A stretch of 64,000 nucleotides of DNA from NCBI GenBank assembly GCA_951406725.2, contig OX597826.1, positions 16,988,001 to 17,052,000 on the forward strand, given 5' to 3'. This document shows, piece by piece, positions 13,645 to 26,768 of the stretch (the first letter of the stretch is position 1; every line of letters starts with the position of its first letter). A program made the translations under genes and the position numbers. Source of the stretch: Octopus vulgaris. Lineage: Eukaryota. Below the pieces are notes generated by a model. It had not been told where the DNA came from. It ran no database searches and was given only the letters and a program-made list of their open reading frames with translations.

Positions 13645-13843
13645 TCAGGTAGTTCTCAGGGTAATTCAGCCTCACACAGAATGTGACAAGGCTTGCCCCT
13701 ATGAATTACTGCTACAACTCATTTATGCCAGCTGGGTGGACTGCAGCAAGGCGAAGTACAGCTCAAGAGGACAGCGCGCCACCTGGAATCGTACTCATGA
13801 CCTTACGATCGTGGGCCGAATACTCGTGATCATTGAGCCATGT
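13645..13843 (-). mobile_element. SINE family C-related, diverged
   Basis: tRNA-like head catggctcaatga; central part similar to 52661 and 23958 copies. Confidence 0.6.
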
Positions 13844-14362
13844 ACCGTCACTATCTTAACCGTAGAGAAAATGAGTGAAGCGATAGAGACAGAGAAAGGA
13901 AAGCCTCACTCATTTGAAATGACGACTTTGATCGATATTTTCTAGCTTCTTTATTTCTAACAATGAAGAAGAGGGAAAGACATTTAGTAATGAATAGAGG
14001 AAAAATCTTTCAGGTATTAAGTTTTCACTCTGGGAGTTCTAGAACAATCGATTGTTAGGTCTCTCTTCTTTCCCCCACCCCGGTACATATTCGCCTTCTT
14101 TCATAGCTCATGTCTTTTAGTTGGTGGGGAGAAAGACCATGTTTTTTTTTCAGGCACGTTTAATCTTTCCTCTACGAACTACAAAGCAGCCCCCTCCCTT
14201 CCGTTTTTCGTACAAAAATGAATGCAAATTTCGAACGGAGTATATCTGTAAAAAGATCCCAGAATAATGGGTGATACCTCTACAAAGTGGGTGCAGGAGA
14301 AAAGTTGCGAACAAGTGGCTACACGGAATTCAATTCTATACTTTAAAGAATATCTTTACTGT

Positions 14363-14456
14363 AGCCTTGTGAGTGGATTTCATAGAAGGAAACCGAAAGA
14401 AGCCCATCATATATATATATATACATATATATACATATATATATATACATATATAT

Positions 14457-14500
<44 letters not shown>

Positions 14501-14743
14501 ATATGTGTGTGTATGTGTGTGTGTGTGTGTACGTATGTGTGTTTGTGTCAGTGTTTGTCTGCCGCCATAATCACTTGACAACTGATGTTGGTGTGTTTGC
14601 GTCTCTGCATCAGCTGTTCGACAGAAGGGACTGATAGAAAAAGCACCAGGCTTACAGAGAATAAGTCCAGGAGTCGATTTCTCTAAAGGGTGGTGCTTCA
14701 GCATGGCCACAGTCAAATTGCTGAAGCAAGCAAAAGAATAAAA
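14363..14743 (+). mobile_element. SINE family A, 5'-truncated
   Basis: Homology to the other family A copies. Confidence 0.85.
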
Positions 14744-14785
14744 AATACCAGAATGTTCCTTACCACTAAACCAAGAAGGTTCCTT

Positions 14786-15880
14786 GGTACTTTTTGGATA
14801 TCTCACCCACATTACAACATTGCCATTAAAAATGGGGTTATCTGCCCACTAAAAACTTGAGTTCTCTCCCCCTCCCCCATCAACTCCACGATTTTGTGTC
14901 TGTCTTTTTTCTTTTTGTTTTTTGCCTGATTGATTTCCTGTACATTATGAATCTTTTACGTCTAAGTGAAATTTGCGAAGAGGAAACATCGAGTCTCATT
15001 TTTTTCAAGAAAAAGGAATTTTTCACCAAGAAACACAATACAACAACGGTCATTTTATGAATTTCTCAGTTGGAAGTTAAAATAGATGGTGGTGTAGAAT
15101 TCGTGGACGCAGACTAGAAAAAGGACTAAGAACAGATTAAGGACTCAGAACTTTTATCTTTTCGTAAACCAGCACTTTTCATACATTGCTGGGCATACAT
15201 GACATGTATCAAATTTTGTGAACGTGAGCTATAAATGAAAGCCAAATGCGTTGTTGACAGGAATAATTATTTGAGAGAAGTTTGTGCTGCACACATTTTG
15301 GTTAACCCAAGAGTGATTGGAACACCTAACATGACTGTTGAAAAACAATTGTTGTTTCGGACGTCAACTACCTCAGCAATGGGTTTGGGGTGGTATTTGT
15401 AGAGAAACAGAAAGGTGTTTCAATATTTATTATCTCTGACAGGCCTGCGATAACACTTCTTACAATAATAGAAAATAATATAAGACCGGGTACTAAAATC
15501 ATAAGTGACGAATGGTCAGCATAAAAAATATAATTAATATTGGTCATTTTCAACATCTCACTGTGAATCATTCTCTATAATTTGTCTATCCTACTAATAG
15601 AGCTCACACCCAAAATATTGAAAGACTTTGGAAGAGTGCTAAAGAAAAAAATAAAAGCCAAGATGGTACTCACAGATGTCTGCTGGACACATGTATGTAC
15701 GAGTTTATTTGGCGACGAGAGATTGGATTAAAAGAGTTCGATCCTTTTGGTTCAATACTTCAACACATCGTTGACATTTGGCCTCCTCAGTAGCTATTTA
15801 GTAAAATGTTTTTTTTATTTTCATACAACGGGGGTAAATAACCCCATTTTTTAATGGGGTCGAGATAACCAAATTGTACC
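14786..15880 (+). mobile_element. Merlin (IS1016/ISXO2-like) DNA transposon, degenerate
   Basis: TIRs ggtactttttggatatctc..cattaaaaatggggttat / reverse complement ggtacaatttggttatctcg..cattaaaaaatggggttat; 8-bp TSD ggttcctt/ggttcttt; transposase motifs TLLTIIENNIRPGTKIISDEWSA, HLTVNHS, HTQNIERLWK, YEFIWRR. Confidence 0.92.
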
Positions 15881-16159
15881 GGTTCTTTGAATATGTAGGA
15901 TGTATTTTAAGGCTAAATAATATTTATGTTTACGTTTGCGTAACAGTTTTTTTTTGTTGAATTATATAGTTATCAGTTTTACACTTCTTTCTATATTCTG
16001 TAAGTGTAACAATATAGAAACATTTCTCATGGCACCAGCACACAATTTACAGACGCTTACAAGTTTAATGTTTTCCGTGAAGCTTTCACGGGTCCATCTA
16101 GTATAATATAATATGTGCATATATGTATATATCATATATAGAATAGTACATGTAATGTT

Positions 16160-16330
16160 ATTAATTTCTGCCACAAGATCAGTAATTTTAGGGGTATGGG
16201 CTTAATCGATTAAATAAATCCCAGTTCTTAACTGATACTTTATTTATTGAATATAAAAGGAGGAAAGGCAAAGATGACCTCACATCAGCAGGATGTGAAC
16301 TCCGAATGTAAAGTTCTAGAAGAAAACTTG
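16160..16330 (-). mobile_element. SINE family D, diverged
   Basis: Reverse complement contains tttgcctttcctccttt..caataaataaagtatcagtt..ctgggatt, as in the 48456 copy. Confidence 0.6.
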
Positions 16331-16423
16331 CAAAGTATTGTCATCAATATGTAAACGTGTGTATATTTACTTTAGTTTTTACCGATGTACAAATCTGTTA
16401 TATTCATGTATTGTATATATTCC

Positions 16424-16538
16424 TTGAGGTGCCAAAATTTCCGTTTCACTGAACATCGTCTGACTACCATTGCAACTTTCAGTGTAATTGTATCAGTCAC
16501 TAGTTCGTAAAAGAGAAACGAAAATTTTGACACCTCAA
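16424..16538. mobile_element. Small MITE / inverted repeat
   Basis: ttgaggtgccaaaatttccgtttc / gaaacgaaaattttgacacctcaa. Confidence 0.7.
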
Positions 16539-16792
16539 TAAGTAGTAGGACATTTAATCTAGCAGTTTTTGTGTGTTGTTAAGTGTTTTATGGGATATTT
16601 CCATAATTTCATGTTCTTTTGTTTTTTGTTTTTTTTTTTGTTTTTTGTTTTTTTCAGTTTTAAAACAAAGTCGTAGAATAAGTCAAGTGTGAAGGCAGAA
16701 CAACTGGTCCTTCAATACAAGCATTCTACACATACACACACACACACTTATATGGTGGGGAGTGAGTATCACAATATATACAAACACATTAG

Positions 16793-17255
16793 ATTTTAAA
16801 ATAGTTTCAGCTCGAAAGTTGCAGTCATGCTGGGGCCCCACAGTTGGCTTTCTAAAACTTACTTTGTTTGAAACTTCCGCTGATGTGCGGCAATCGTTGA
16901 AAGAGGGTGTTTTATACTACTGACCTCATTTACATTTCCCGCTGTGAGGTAGGCTCCTTTGGCAGGAGGAGATCCAGTTTTGTTTTGAAAACATCCAACA
17001 CCCACACCATGCAAGTTTCTCAGGTATTTTGGAAGGATCTGTTGCAGCATCTGCTCCTGTATTTTTATTGCGATGTTGGGATCCTTGGCACTTCCATGAT
17101 CTTTCAAGTGTACATCTTTTCCGCCTCAAGGGAGGAGAGACTTTAATTTTTCAGGCTTTTCCAGTAGTTCACACGTTGCATTGAGAAGTTTCTTCTGTGT
17201 AGCTTCCCTGGATTGCTTCGTTTGCCGACGTTAATTTTTGTACTGTGCGGTGACT
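16793..17255 (-). mobile_element. CR1-group (Crack/Daphne/L2-like) LINE 3' end
   Basis: EAIQ..YT, MQRVNYWKSLKN.SLSSL, ILPKYLRNLHGVGV..FKTKLDLLL; 3' tail ggggccccagcatgactgcaac..gctgaaact. Confidence 0.75.
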
Positions 17256-17256
17256 G

Positions 17257-17488
<232 letters not shown>

Positions 17489-18474
17489 ACAGCATACGTA
17501 CACACTTATGCTCACCTTATCGTAAGTATGAATCTAAATTGTGTATTATTCTTTAAATTTGTCTTTTAGCCCCCCTCATACTTTCTTCAGCTTTTTTTAT
17601 TCTCGCTTCCTCCTCTCTGCCGCCCCTCTCTCTCTCTCTCACACACACACACGTTTCTTGGTCCTCTCTTTCTTTAACTCCTACTTTTCCACCTCGTTTA
17701 TCTCCCCTGTACCTTTCCATTTGTCTAATCTTTCAATCCCGCTGCCCCTTAGCCTCTCTCCTCCTTCCATGTGACCGGTGTCTGGCCAGCCATGATATTT
17801 CTTGGCCTGACTACCGACCGCCAACATCTCTTCTGTCCATCTCCCTTTTTCTGCCTTAAGGCTTTCACTTTATAGACGCCAGCTCAATTTGTTTCATTCT
17901 CAGTCGAGAGACACCTGTTGCTATATTCTTGTTGTTTGTATTTGTAATTGTGTACCATGTTCTCCGTTTTTTCTTAGTTGCCGTACACATTCGCTAGCTT
18001 TCTTACAAAAAGCTAATGCTCTTAGCTTAGAATTTTGGGGAAACAATCAGATCGAACAGTCTCAAGTGTAACTGACCGAAACTGTTAGGACATCTGATAA
18101 CTTGACTGAAGAAAGAAAGCCACGAAGGGCCCGTCCTTTTACTCCTGTGCCTCTAATTGTTGTTTTCCTGTCCGTCTTTGTATTGTACATCTGTTCGAAT
18201 GTTTTATTGCCCCCTATTGCGCATTTGTTCCATTTCATATATATACATATATATATATACATATACATATATATATATATATATATATTTAATATCTGGG
18301 AAATAACCTTATAGTGTGAGTTCCAAATTTCCTATACAGATGTCGATTATCATAGCTATCATACAGCAGCTATTCTCCTTTATATATATTTAATATCATC
18401 TCGGAAATAACCTTATAAATTTGCGTTCGGATATCTGTCGTGTGTGAACAGATAATTGAAAATGGCTGTCTTGA

Positions 18475-18856
18475 GGCGGAGGAGTGGTTGTGTTGTAAGT
18501 AACTTGCTTACCAACCACATGGTTTCGGGTTCAATCTCACTGCACGGCACCTCGAGCAAGTGTATTCTACTATAGCCTTGGGCCGACCAAAGCCTTGTGA
18601 GTAGATTTGGTACACGTAACCTGTCGTATATGTGTGTGTGTGCGTTTGTGTCTCTGTGTTTGTCCCCCATCCTCGCCTGACAACCGATGTTGGTGTGTTT
18701 ACGTCCCCTTAACGTAGCGGTTCGACAAAAGAGATCGATAGAATAAGTACTATGTTTACAAAGTGTAAGTCTTAGGGTGACTTGTTCGACTAAAAAGCGT
18801 TGCTCCAGCATGGCCGCAGCCAAGTGACTGAAACAAATAAGAGAATAAAAGGATAA
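18475..18856 (+). mobile_element. SINE family A, full length
   Basis: Head, body and tail homologous to the other copies. Confidence 0.9.
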
Positions 18857-19664
18857 ACGAATACGTGCGAAAATCCATTAATATCCATAGAATTGATACA
18901 AAAGGATACAAAAGATTGATACAAGGAGATAGGATGAAGAGGCTTCAGTCCAAATCATTACAAATCACTAGATTTCTTTCTGTGCATTAGCATCAGCTGG
19001 AAATTGCTGAGTGTTTCTCGTATTATGCACATTGCATTACTATGATCCAACAACAGCTGTGTACCTTAAGGTGTTCAGGTGAGTGGATTTGAGTGCACTG
19101 CATTGCACAGGTATTGTTGGATCATATTAATGCAATAAAATGTGTAATATGGGAAACACTCATCAATGTCATCTCTATGTATATATGTATATATGTAAAT
19201 ATATATGTGTGTGTGTATATATATATATACATGTATATATGCACATATAGGTACACATGTGTATAGATATATACATATATATACATATGTATACATTTGC
19301 ACGCACACGCACATATATACACGTACTTAAATGCATATATACTTACAAACATACAAAGATATATATACATATATACACGTGTGTGTGTAAGTGTTTGTGT
19401 GTGTGCGAGTATTGTGTGTGTGTGTATGTGTGTGTGTGTGTGTGTGCGTGTATGTGTGTGTGTTAGCTGATGCAAACGTGAGAAAGAATTTTGAAATGAA
19501 AATGTAACGTTAAAAATGAGAAATAACGGGTGGATATCTGATACTAAATGGCTAGCTTCTATGTCAAGCATGAATGGCAGAATCGAGAAAACCTAAGGAC
19601 AGTGAGATGTTGTGGATTTTGATAAATGTGTACGTGTGTGTTTATATATATATATATGCATATT

Positions 19665-19810
19665 TGGAGCAGTGCCACCATCTTGGTATTTTCTCAGCAT
19701 GCTCGTTTCCCAAGTTTTCGTTACTTAACACGATGCACAGGTCACATACGCTGGATAGTGTATTATATGGGTGTGCATTTTTTTTATTATTGACAATTCT
19801 ATTCCATATA
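19665..19810 (-). mobile_element. Second copy of the PLE endonuclease 3' end seen at ~22700-22855
   Basis: catcttggtattttctcagcatgct...cacaggtcacatacgctggatagtgtattatatgggtgtgcattttttt shared by both sites. Confidence 0.85.
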
Positions 19811-19892
19811 TATTGTTATGGTATATTCTGTTAAGAACTTAGCGGAATACGGTATAAAACTCGTCTACTTTCAGATTTAACTTTTGCTATCC

Positions 19893-19967
<75 letters not shown>
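19893..19967. repeat. (TAG)n microsatellite
   Basis: Seen directly. Confidence 0.95.
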
Positions 19968-19968
<1 letters not shown>

Positions 19969-20066
19969 TTATACGTACTTCCAGGTTTGCGTTCGAGTAT
20001 ATGTCATGTGTGAATAGATAATTGAAAAATTGGAGTCAACAAGATGTAGGTTTAGAGATTTATCTT

Positions 20067-20437
20067 TGTTGTAGTTGAGATGGTACACCCCTCCCACGCG
20101 ACAAGTGGTCTATAAAGTTAGACGACGTCAAGCAATACGGGGAGTCGTGTATCAGTCGTTGTAGAATCGTTGTACGAGTTCTCAGTTGGAGTTACGTGTC
20201 AGTTATGTGTTATAGAATTCGTATCACAGTCAAGGTAGACGGTTCCAATTCTGTGTCTTGCAGTGCTATCAGCGATAGCACGATAGACGAAGCCGTGTAT
20301 TATCATTCCGGTATAGAAGAGATACATTGTATCCGATACCATGAAAATATCGTGATTACTAGAATAGACACAACAGCTATAGTCAAAACAGTGGTCACAC
20401 CACGCATCATACAAGTGGAAAACACCACATCATAACA
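20067..20437 (+). mobile_element. Probable solo LTR (371 bp)
   Basis: TGTT...AACA termini, flanks atctt/atgtt (5-bp TSD, one mismatch), ctataaag TATA-like motif near 20110. Confidence 0.5.
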
Positions 20438-20897
20438 ATGTTTTAATCACTAAAATTGTTTCAACGCACCGTACTTCTCCAGGCGTGCAAGTACTTGCTT
20501 ACGCAATTGTTTCCCTGCATTATGAGTTCAAGTTGTGTTTCCTCAGGCGATATGTAAATATTATCTCCTCTCTGTCTGTCATAGCCTGAATTTAGTAGTA
20601 GTCATTAGGTTTATCATCGTGAGTTGTTACTGAAAGAACCGTTGGCAAACTCCTTTGAATGTATAGATGTAGTGGGATGGTAATTCTGCCTAAGTTGCCG
20701 TTTTAAAAGGATTGGGATTTGATATTTTTGTACTGTTGATGTGTTATTCATGGTTGGTTACACATGTTATTGTCCTTGCTGACCTGTAAGATTCGGCCTA
20801 TACGTACACATAATTGTTCATTCAAATATACACCAATATATGTATTAACGCTCGGACACACATACACACACATACATATATATAGTTATAAATATAG

Positions 20898-20934
<37 letters not shown>

Positions 20935-21273
20935 TAGATATAGTTATATATATATATACATGCACACATATAGAGATATATACGCGCACTCACATACATA
21001 TACATATACCCAATATATGTAAACACACACTCTCGCATATACTTACACATATGCTCATGTGTGTGTCTACATAGACATACACACACACACATATTTATAT
21101 TTATATATATATATATATGTATATTGTTTGAATATATATATGTACTTATGTAAATATATACACTTATGCAGACTAAAAACATGAACGGGCACGTGTACGT
21201 ATATATATAGAAATACAACACGAAACATGCACACATGGGTGGGCATGAAGAGGAGAGGGAGAGAGTTCACTGA

Positions 21274-21339
<66 letters not shown>

Positions 21340-21342
<3 letters not shown>

Positions 21343-22574
21343 TAGTTTTATTTTTATAGCGTGCTTTCACTTCACTACCGAGCGCAGCTCTCTGTGCCTT
21401 GGGGATGTACTGTGATATGTTGTGATGCTCTGATGGTTATTGTATGGAAAGTTGTTCTGCGTAGGATGTGTGCAGTGCCTAGTAGTGCAATTTTCTGTAT
21501 GTTATATGTGTTTGTATGTCCTGGTGTTTTTGTTATGTATTTGTCTGAATATTTTTTTATAATTCCTAATGCACCTACAATGATAGGAATTGTTTCTGTT
21601 TTTAGATTCCACATTCTGGTTACCTCCATTTCCAGGTCTTTGTATTTTGAAAGTTTCTCCATTTCTTTTAGAGACACTTTGTCATCTGCCGGTATTGATA
21701 CATCAATTAGAAAGCATTCTTTTTCTTCATGATCTCTGACAACTATATCTGGTCTGTTGGCCTTAATTTCTCTATCTGTGTGTATCGGCATATCCCAAAG
21801 TATGGTTGCTTTTTTATTTTCTGTGACCTTTTCTGGTGTGTGCCTATACCATCTTTTTTCTGTTGTTATTCCATAATGTTGGCATAGCTTCCAGTGTATG
21901 TAGATTCCAACTCATGTCTGTGAATATATTTCTTCTTAGCCAGGACTGGGCAGCCAGAGATAATATGATTTATTGTTTCTTGTCCTTCTCCACATATTCT
22001 GCAGTTACTTGTTATATTTCTTTTCATTACATGTTTTTGGTAATTTTTGGTGGTGAGGCTTTGGTCTTGTGCTGCAATTAAAAATCCCTCTGTCTCTGCT
22101 TTGAGTCCTGAGCTTCTCAACCATTGCTGGGATTTTTCTTTGTCTATTTCTTTTGCATTTAGTTTAGTCCAGTATTTACCGTGAAGGGGTTTTTCTTGCC
22201 ATCGTTTTCTCATGGTTCTTTGCTGTTCTAGTTTTAGTTTGGATTTCATTTGTTTTATAGCTTTTGTTGTTTCTTCATATTCTTCTTCTTCTTCTTCTTC
22301 TTCTTCTTCTTCTTCTTCTTCTTCTTCTTCTTCTTCTTCTTCTTCTTCTTCTTCTTCTTCTTCTTCTTCTTCTTCTTCTTCTTTATATTTGTTAGGTGGT
22401 ATGATTTCTTGTTTGTATTTGTCAGCTTCCTTAAATACTGAGAACAGTTTTTTGTTTTGCTCATGTTTTGCCGCTATTTGTATCAGTTTTCCTTCCTTCT
22501 GAAGTAGATATTTTTGCAGTCTTATGGTGGTTATTTTATAGTAGTTTTCCAGCTGTATAATTTTTCCAGCTGTA

Positions 22575-22575
<1 letters not shown>
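21340..22575 (-). mobile_element. R4/Dong-clade non-LTR retrotransposon, 5'-truncated
   Basis: WQEKPLHGKY, LKAETEGFLIAAQDQSL, CCHC knuckle CRICGEGQETINHIISGC, RLE motifs NRPDIVV..FLIDVSIP..EKLSKYKDL..PIIVGALG; (TAA)n tracts on both sides. Confidence 0.92.
22281..22383. repeat. (TTC)n expansion inside the LINE ORF
   Basis: Seen directly. Confidence 0.95.
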
Positions 22576-22649
<74 letters not shown>

Positions 22650-22669
22650 CATTATTATTATTATTACTC

Positions 22670-23690
22670 GATTGTGTTGTATCTTGAAAATGCATATTTG
22701 GTGCGGTGCCAACATCTTGGTATTTTCTCAGCATGCTTGCTTACCAAGTTTTCGTTACTTATCCCGATGCACAGATCCTCAAGGCACAGGTCACATACGC
22801 TGGATAGTGTATTATATGGGTGTGCATTTTTTTATTATTGACCATTCTATTTTATATTTTATTTTCCTTCTTTTAATCGCCATATTATGTCCGCTAGTGA
22901 TGTTGCATGTCACCGGCTTATCTTTATGAATGAAGAGATATCGTTGCGAAAACGGCCCTTAAATTGATTTTCGGAGGCTCCTAGGTATGCGTATATAAGT
23001 TGTGGTGTGGTGATTGCGCATTTGTATATGTTGCTTTTTGCATGCATTGGTTCCCTAGCGGACACGTAGGTTTCTTGCGACAGCTGCAGTTATTTGCACT
23101 ATTGTTATTTTTGTTCTTATTTGGTGAGATTTTGGTTTTGTGATGTTCCCGTTCATTAGCAGTGACTGAAGTGTTCCTGATGTTTTGTTGCTTCTGTTTT
23201 GAGTTTTTATTTGAATTCTATTACAACAGTCGAGGTCGTTGTCCGTGTTTTTGTGATCCCTATTGTTTCTATATTTGTTATCGTTCTTATACCCTGTGTT
23301 TTTTTATCTATTTGTTCTTTGTCTGTGGACGTTGCTTGCATGCATATTTTTTATTGTTTTTATTTGTGTATGTAGTACTCCATGTTCTTGGATGTGGCGT
23401 ACGATACTTTCACTGTCTGCTTGTTGAAGATACTATAGTACTTATGTGTTTTAGGGAAGCACCTATCTAATGCTGCAAGGAATTGTTTACCTATCTTCGA
23501 TGATATTTGCAATCTGAAAATTGGGTTATACCATAGGACCTCGGAATTTTGTATTTTTTTGTTTGGTTCCCTTAACCTATTTTTTGTGTTGACATTTTGT
23601 ACGTAGTTTTTTCTGTTATTGTTATTTTGGGGTGCTTTGTTTATTTTTTCCTATCTTTTCCTCGTCTTGGGTTTTTTGAGCGGAAACACA
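22670..23690 (-). mobile_element. Penelope-like element remnant (linker plus GIY-YIG endonuclease)
   Basis: VLWYNPIF..KIGKQFLAALDRCFPKTHKYYSIFNKQTVKVSY; NCSCRKKPTCPLGNQC; IYKC..YLGASENQFKGRF; IEWSII..PYNTLSSVCDLCLE..RCWHRTKY. Confidence 0.88.
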
Positions 23691-23921
23691 CGTGGTAGAT
23701 ATAAATAAAGGATTTAAGAGTATCCTCCCTAGCAATTTATCTCTTTCAACTCTCAGTTTGATCAGCAAATGCGAAACCGGTCCTTACTTCAATTATATTG
23801 AAAGAATAAAACTTTATTTTATACAAAGCTGTATATCTTTATTATCATGGCTCTAATATATTCTTAAATCCTGTAAAACAAATATTCTGTGTTGTTTCAT
23901 CTTATATCTTTCTCTCACTCA

Positions 23922-23957
<36 letters not shown>

Positions 23958-23958
<1 letters not shown>

Positions 23959-24200
23959 CTAGCAGTTACCCATGATTACCAGCCTCCACTCTCCACACCA
24001 GCGATGTTATCCAAAGGAAAGGCAAAAGCCGATACAGCTTGTCATCACTGACATTGCGACTCATTTCTGCAGCTGAGTATACTGAAGCTACTTAACATTG
24101 AGTGACTTGCTCAAAAGCACAACACAGAGCCCGGTCTGTAAATGGAATTCACTGTCACATGATTGTGAGCCCGACGCTCTGACCACTGAGCCATGCGCCT
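23958..24200 (-). mobile_element. SINE family C
   Basis: Head ggcgcatggctcagtggtcagagcgtcgggctcacaatc; homologous to 52661-52990. Confidence 0.85.
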
Positions 24201-24296
24201 TCACTTTATGCATGCAAGTATGTATGTATGTATGTGTGTATGTATGCATGTATGTATGTATGTATGTATGTATGTATGTATGTATGTGTACATACA

Positions 24297-24650
24297 GGCG
24301 CAGGAGTGGCTGCGTGGTAACAAGCTTGCTTCCCAACCACATGGTTCAGCGTTCAGTCTTACTGCGTAGGACCTCGGGCAAGTGCCGACCAAAGCCTTCT
24401 GAGTGGATTTGGTAGACGGAACGTGATAAACGTTCGTCGTATATGTGTATGTGTGTGTATTCCCCACCATCACTTGACAACCGATGTTGACGTGTTTACG
24501 TCCGCGTAACTTAGCGGTTCAGCAAAAAAGACTGATAGAATAAGTACTAGGCGTAGAAAGAATAAGTCCTGGGGTCGATTTGTTCGTCTAAAAAGGCGGT
24601 GCTCCAGCATGGCCGCAGTCAAATGACTGAAATAAGTAAAAGAGTAAAAA
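24297..24650 (+). mobile_element. SINE family A, near full length
   Basis: Head ggcgcaggagtggctgcgtgg through tail aagtaaaagagtaaaa. Confidence 0.92.
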
Positions 24651-26388
24651 ATACGTGTTTATCTTTCTGAATCTACGCAGATATTTTTGTCTATGTGTAT
24701 CTATGTGTGTGTGAGCGTGCGTGTGTGAGCGTGTGTGTATGTGTGTGTGATAGCGTATGTGTTTGTGTGTGTGTGTAATTAGGACTAGCCTCACTCGAGC
24801 ACGTGTCCATGAATGTCCTCTTATCTCCAGCAAATAAGCCTTTCCTTTTCCTTAATGACTTGTTAATTAGGGAAAAATTCTTGCAGCTGGTCATAATTAC
24901 TATTTGGTGATAATAATACATCCTCTACAGTCAGTGGTAATTTGAATAAATCAGGAATTTCATGTCGTATGTTAACATATCCATATTTGTCTATGTTGTA
25001 CAAATAAGTAACACTGGCCAGTCCGAATTAATCTCTCTCTCATTTTCGTTTAAACTATGAAAATGTTTATTCCACAACTACGTTATACTTCTTTTTGTAT
25101 ATGTACATATATAAATGCTTGTGTGTATATCTCTGCATATAAATGAACACACGTATGTATCCTTACATATCCTAATATATGTATATACGTGTGTGCGTGT
25201 ATGTGTGTGTGTGCGTGTGTATGTGCGCGCGTGTGTGTGAGTATGTGTGTGTACGTGTGTGTGTGTGTTAGTGTGCTCCTATAAAAGTTGCATACCTCCA
25301 AGCATGCTTCAGCAAACGTCCTCTTGGTTTCATTCCGTTTGGTTCTAACACAATCATAACCTTCCGCAGTGTAGATTGCAAGAAATTACATCAATTTCGT
25401 CATTACAACGATGTGAAGTGGTACATCAATAGAAAAACTCCCTTTGTCCCTTCACAACGCAGAATGAAAAGTATGTTTGATTCTTATTTCCCTCACAGTG
25501 AAGTTTTCTAATATTTTCCTACATATTTATATAGGTGTGTGTATGTCTGTCAATATATTTCACTTGACCGTAAATCACTTGGAGGATGACTGGAAAGTGA
25601 CCTGTAAAAAATATACTCTTGTTTTATTACATTAATACATACACACAGACAGACAAGCAGTATGGACCCGAATATCGATATAAACAGTGTTAATTGTATA
25701 CAAAATATCTCTACTCATTCAATGACCTTCACTCAAAGCGAACAGCTACACAACCAAATTTATATTTTGTGATACTAGTTTCCTGTTTTCTGCTAATTAA
25801 TTGGTAAGCCATTTCAGATGCCCACTGCCATTTTCACTAAAATGACCATCAATGTTTTTCAGTTTCTTTTATTCCCGTAGCTTCGAAATTCTTCATTTTT
25901 ATTTAATGCTGCTCACTTACTTTTCAGTTATTTTGCAAAGTTGAGCACAATTATTTATTTCTAATGACACGCCATTGAGTGGAAACAACGTGTATGCTGC
26001 GTAGAGATAAATTACACAAATAAATTATTCAGTTTTTGCATCGTATGATGTATTGCACAGTTAACTGAACATGAATGTTTCTGCTTTTCAAATAAAATTA
26101 CCTGAAATATAAGTGTGAGTATTTATTTTTATGCGTGTGTATGCATGTGTATGCATGTATATGTATATATGGATGCGTGTATGTGTGAGCATGTGTCGGT
26201 ATATGTATGTGCGAATGTTACGTATGTTTAAATATGGATATATTTGAGTACATGTATGTACGTAACTGTGTTATCCGCAATTATAAACATGAAAATAGTG
26301 ACATGATACACAGATGATACAGACATCTTCGAGACTTACGTGCTGAATGTGCTGCTGTACTTCGTCTCTCACACAACAGCACGAGCAG

Positions 26389-26768
26389 GGATGGCGCAAT
26401 GTCCCAGTGGTTAGGGCAGCGGACTCGCAGTCGGAGGATCGCAGTTTCGATTCCCAGACCGGACATTGTGTGTGTTTATTGAGCGAAAACACCTAAAGCT
26501 CCACGATGCTCCGGCAGGGGTGGTGGCGACCCCTGTTGTAGTCTTTCGCTCCAACTTTCTCTCACTCTTTCTTCATGTTTCTTGTCCCCGACTTCCTACG
26601 CAACCGCTGAGCTTGGATGCGCATTCATCCATCCGTCGATGCTCTCGGTGTCGGGCGTTGACCTGCTTTCTCTTCTGTGGGTCTTACGAATAGCAAATGA
26701 CCACGTTTCGGACTTCTCCCACTACAGCTTGCGAGCTCTGGGACGAAGACCGCTTCGCTCAACAAACA
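26389..26768 (+). mobile_element. SINE family B, tail type 1, with 14-bp TSD
   Basis: tRNA-like head ggcgcaatgtcccagtggttaggg..gtttcgattcc; aacagcacgagcag at 26375-26388 and 26769-26782. Confidence 0.92.

Noticed and set aside
18045-18100. atcagat..cagt/actg..gaaactgtt..atctgat hammerhead-like scaffold
   Set aside because: CUGANGA core absent; similar decayed relics at ~6490, ~28550, ~44415, ~45570 and ~62770 were also not called
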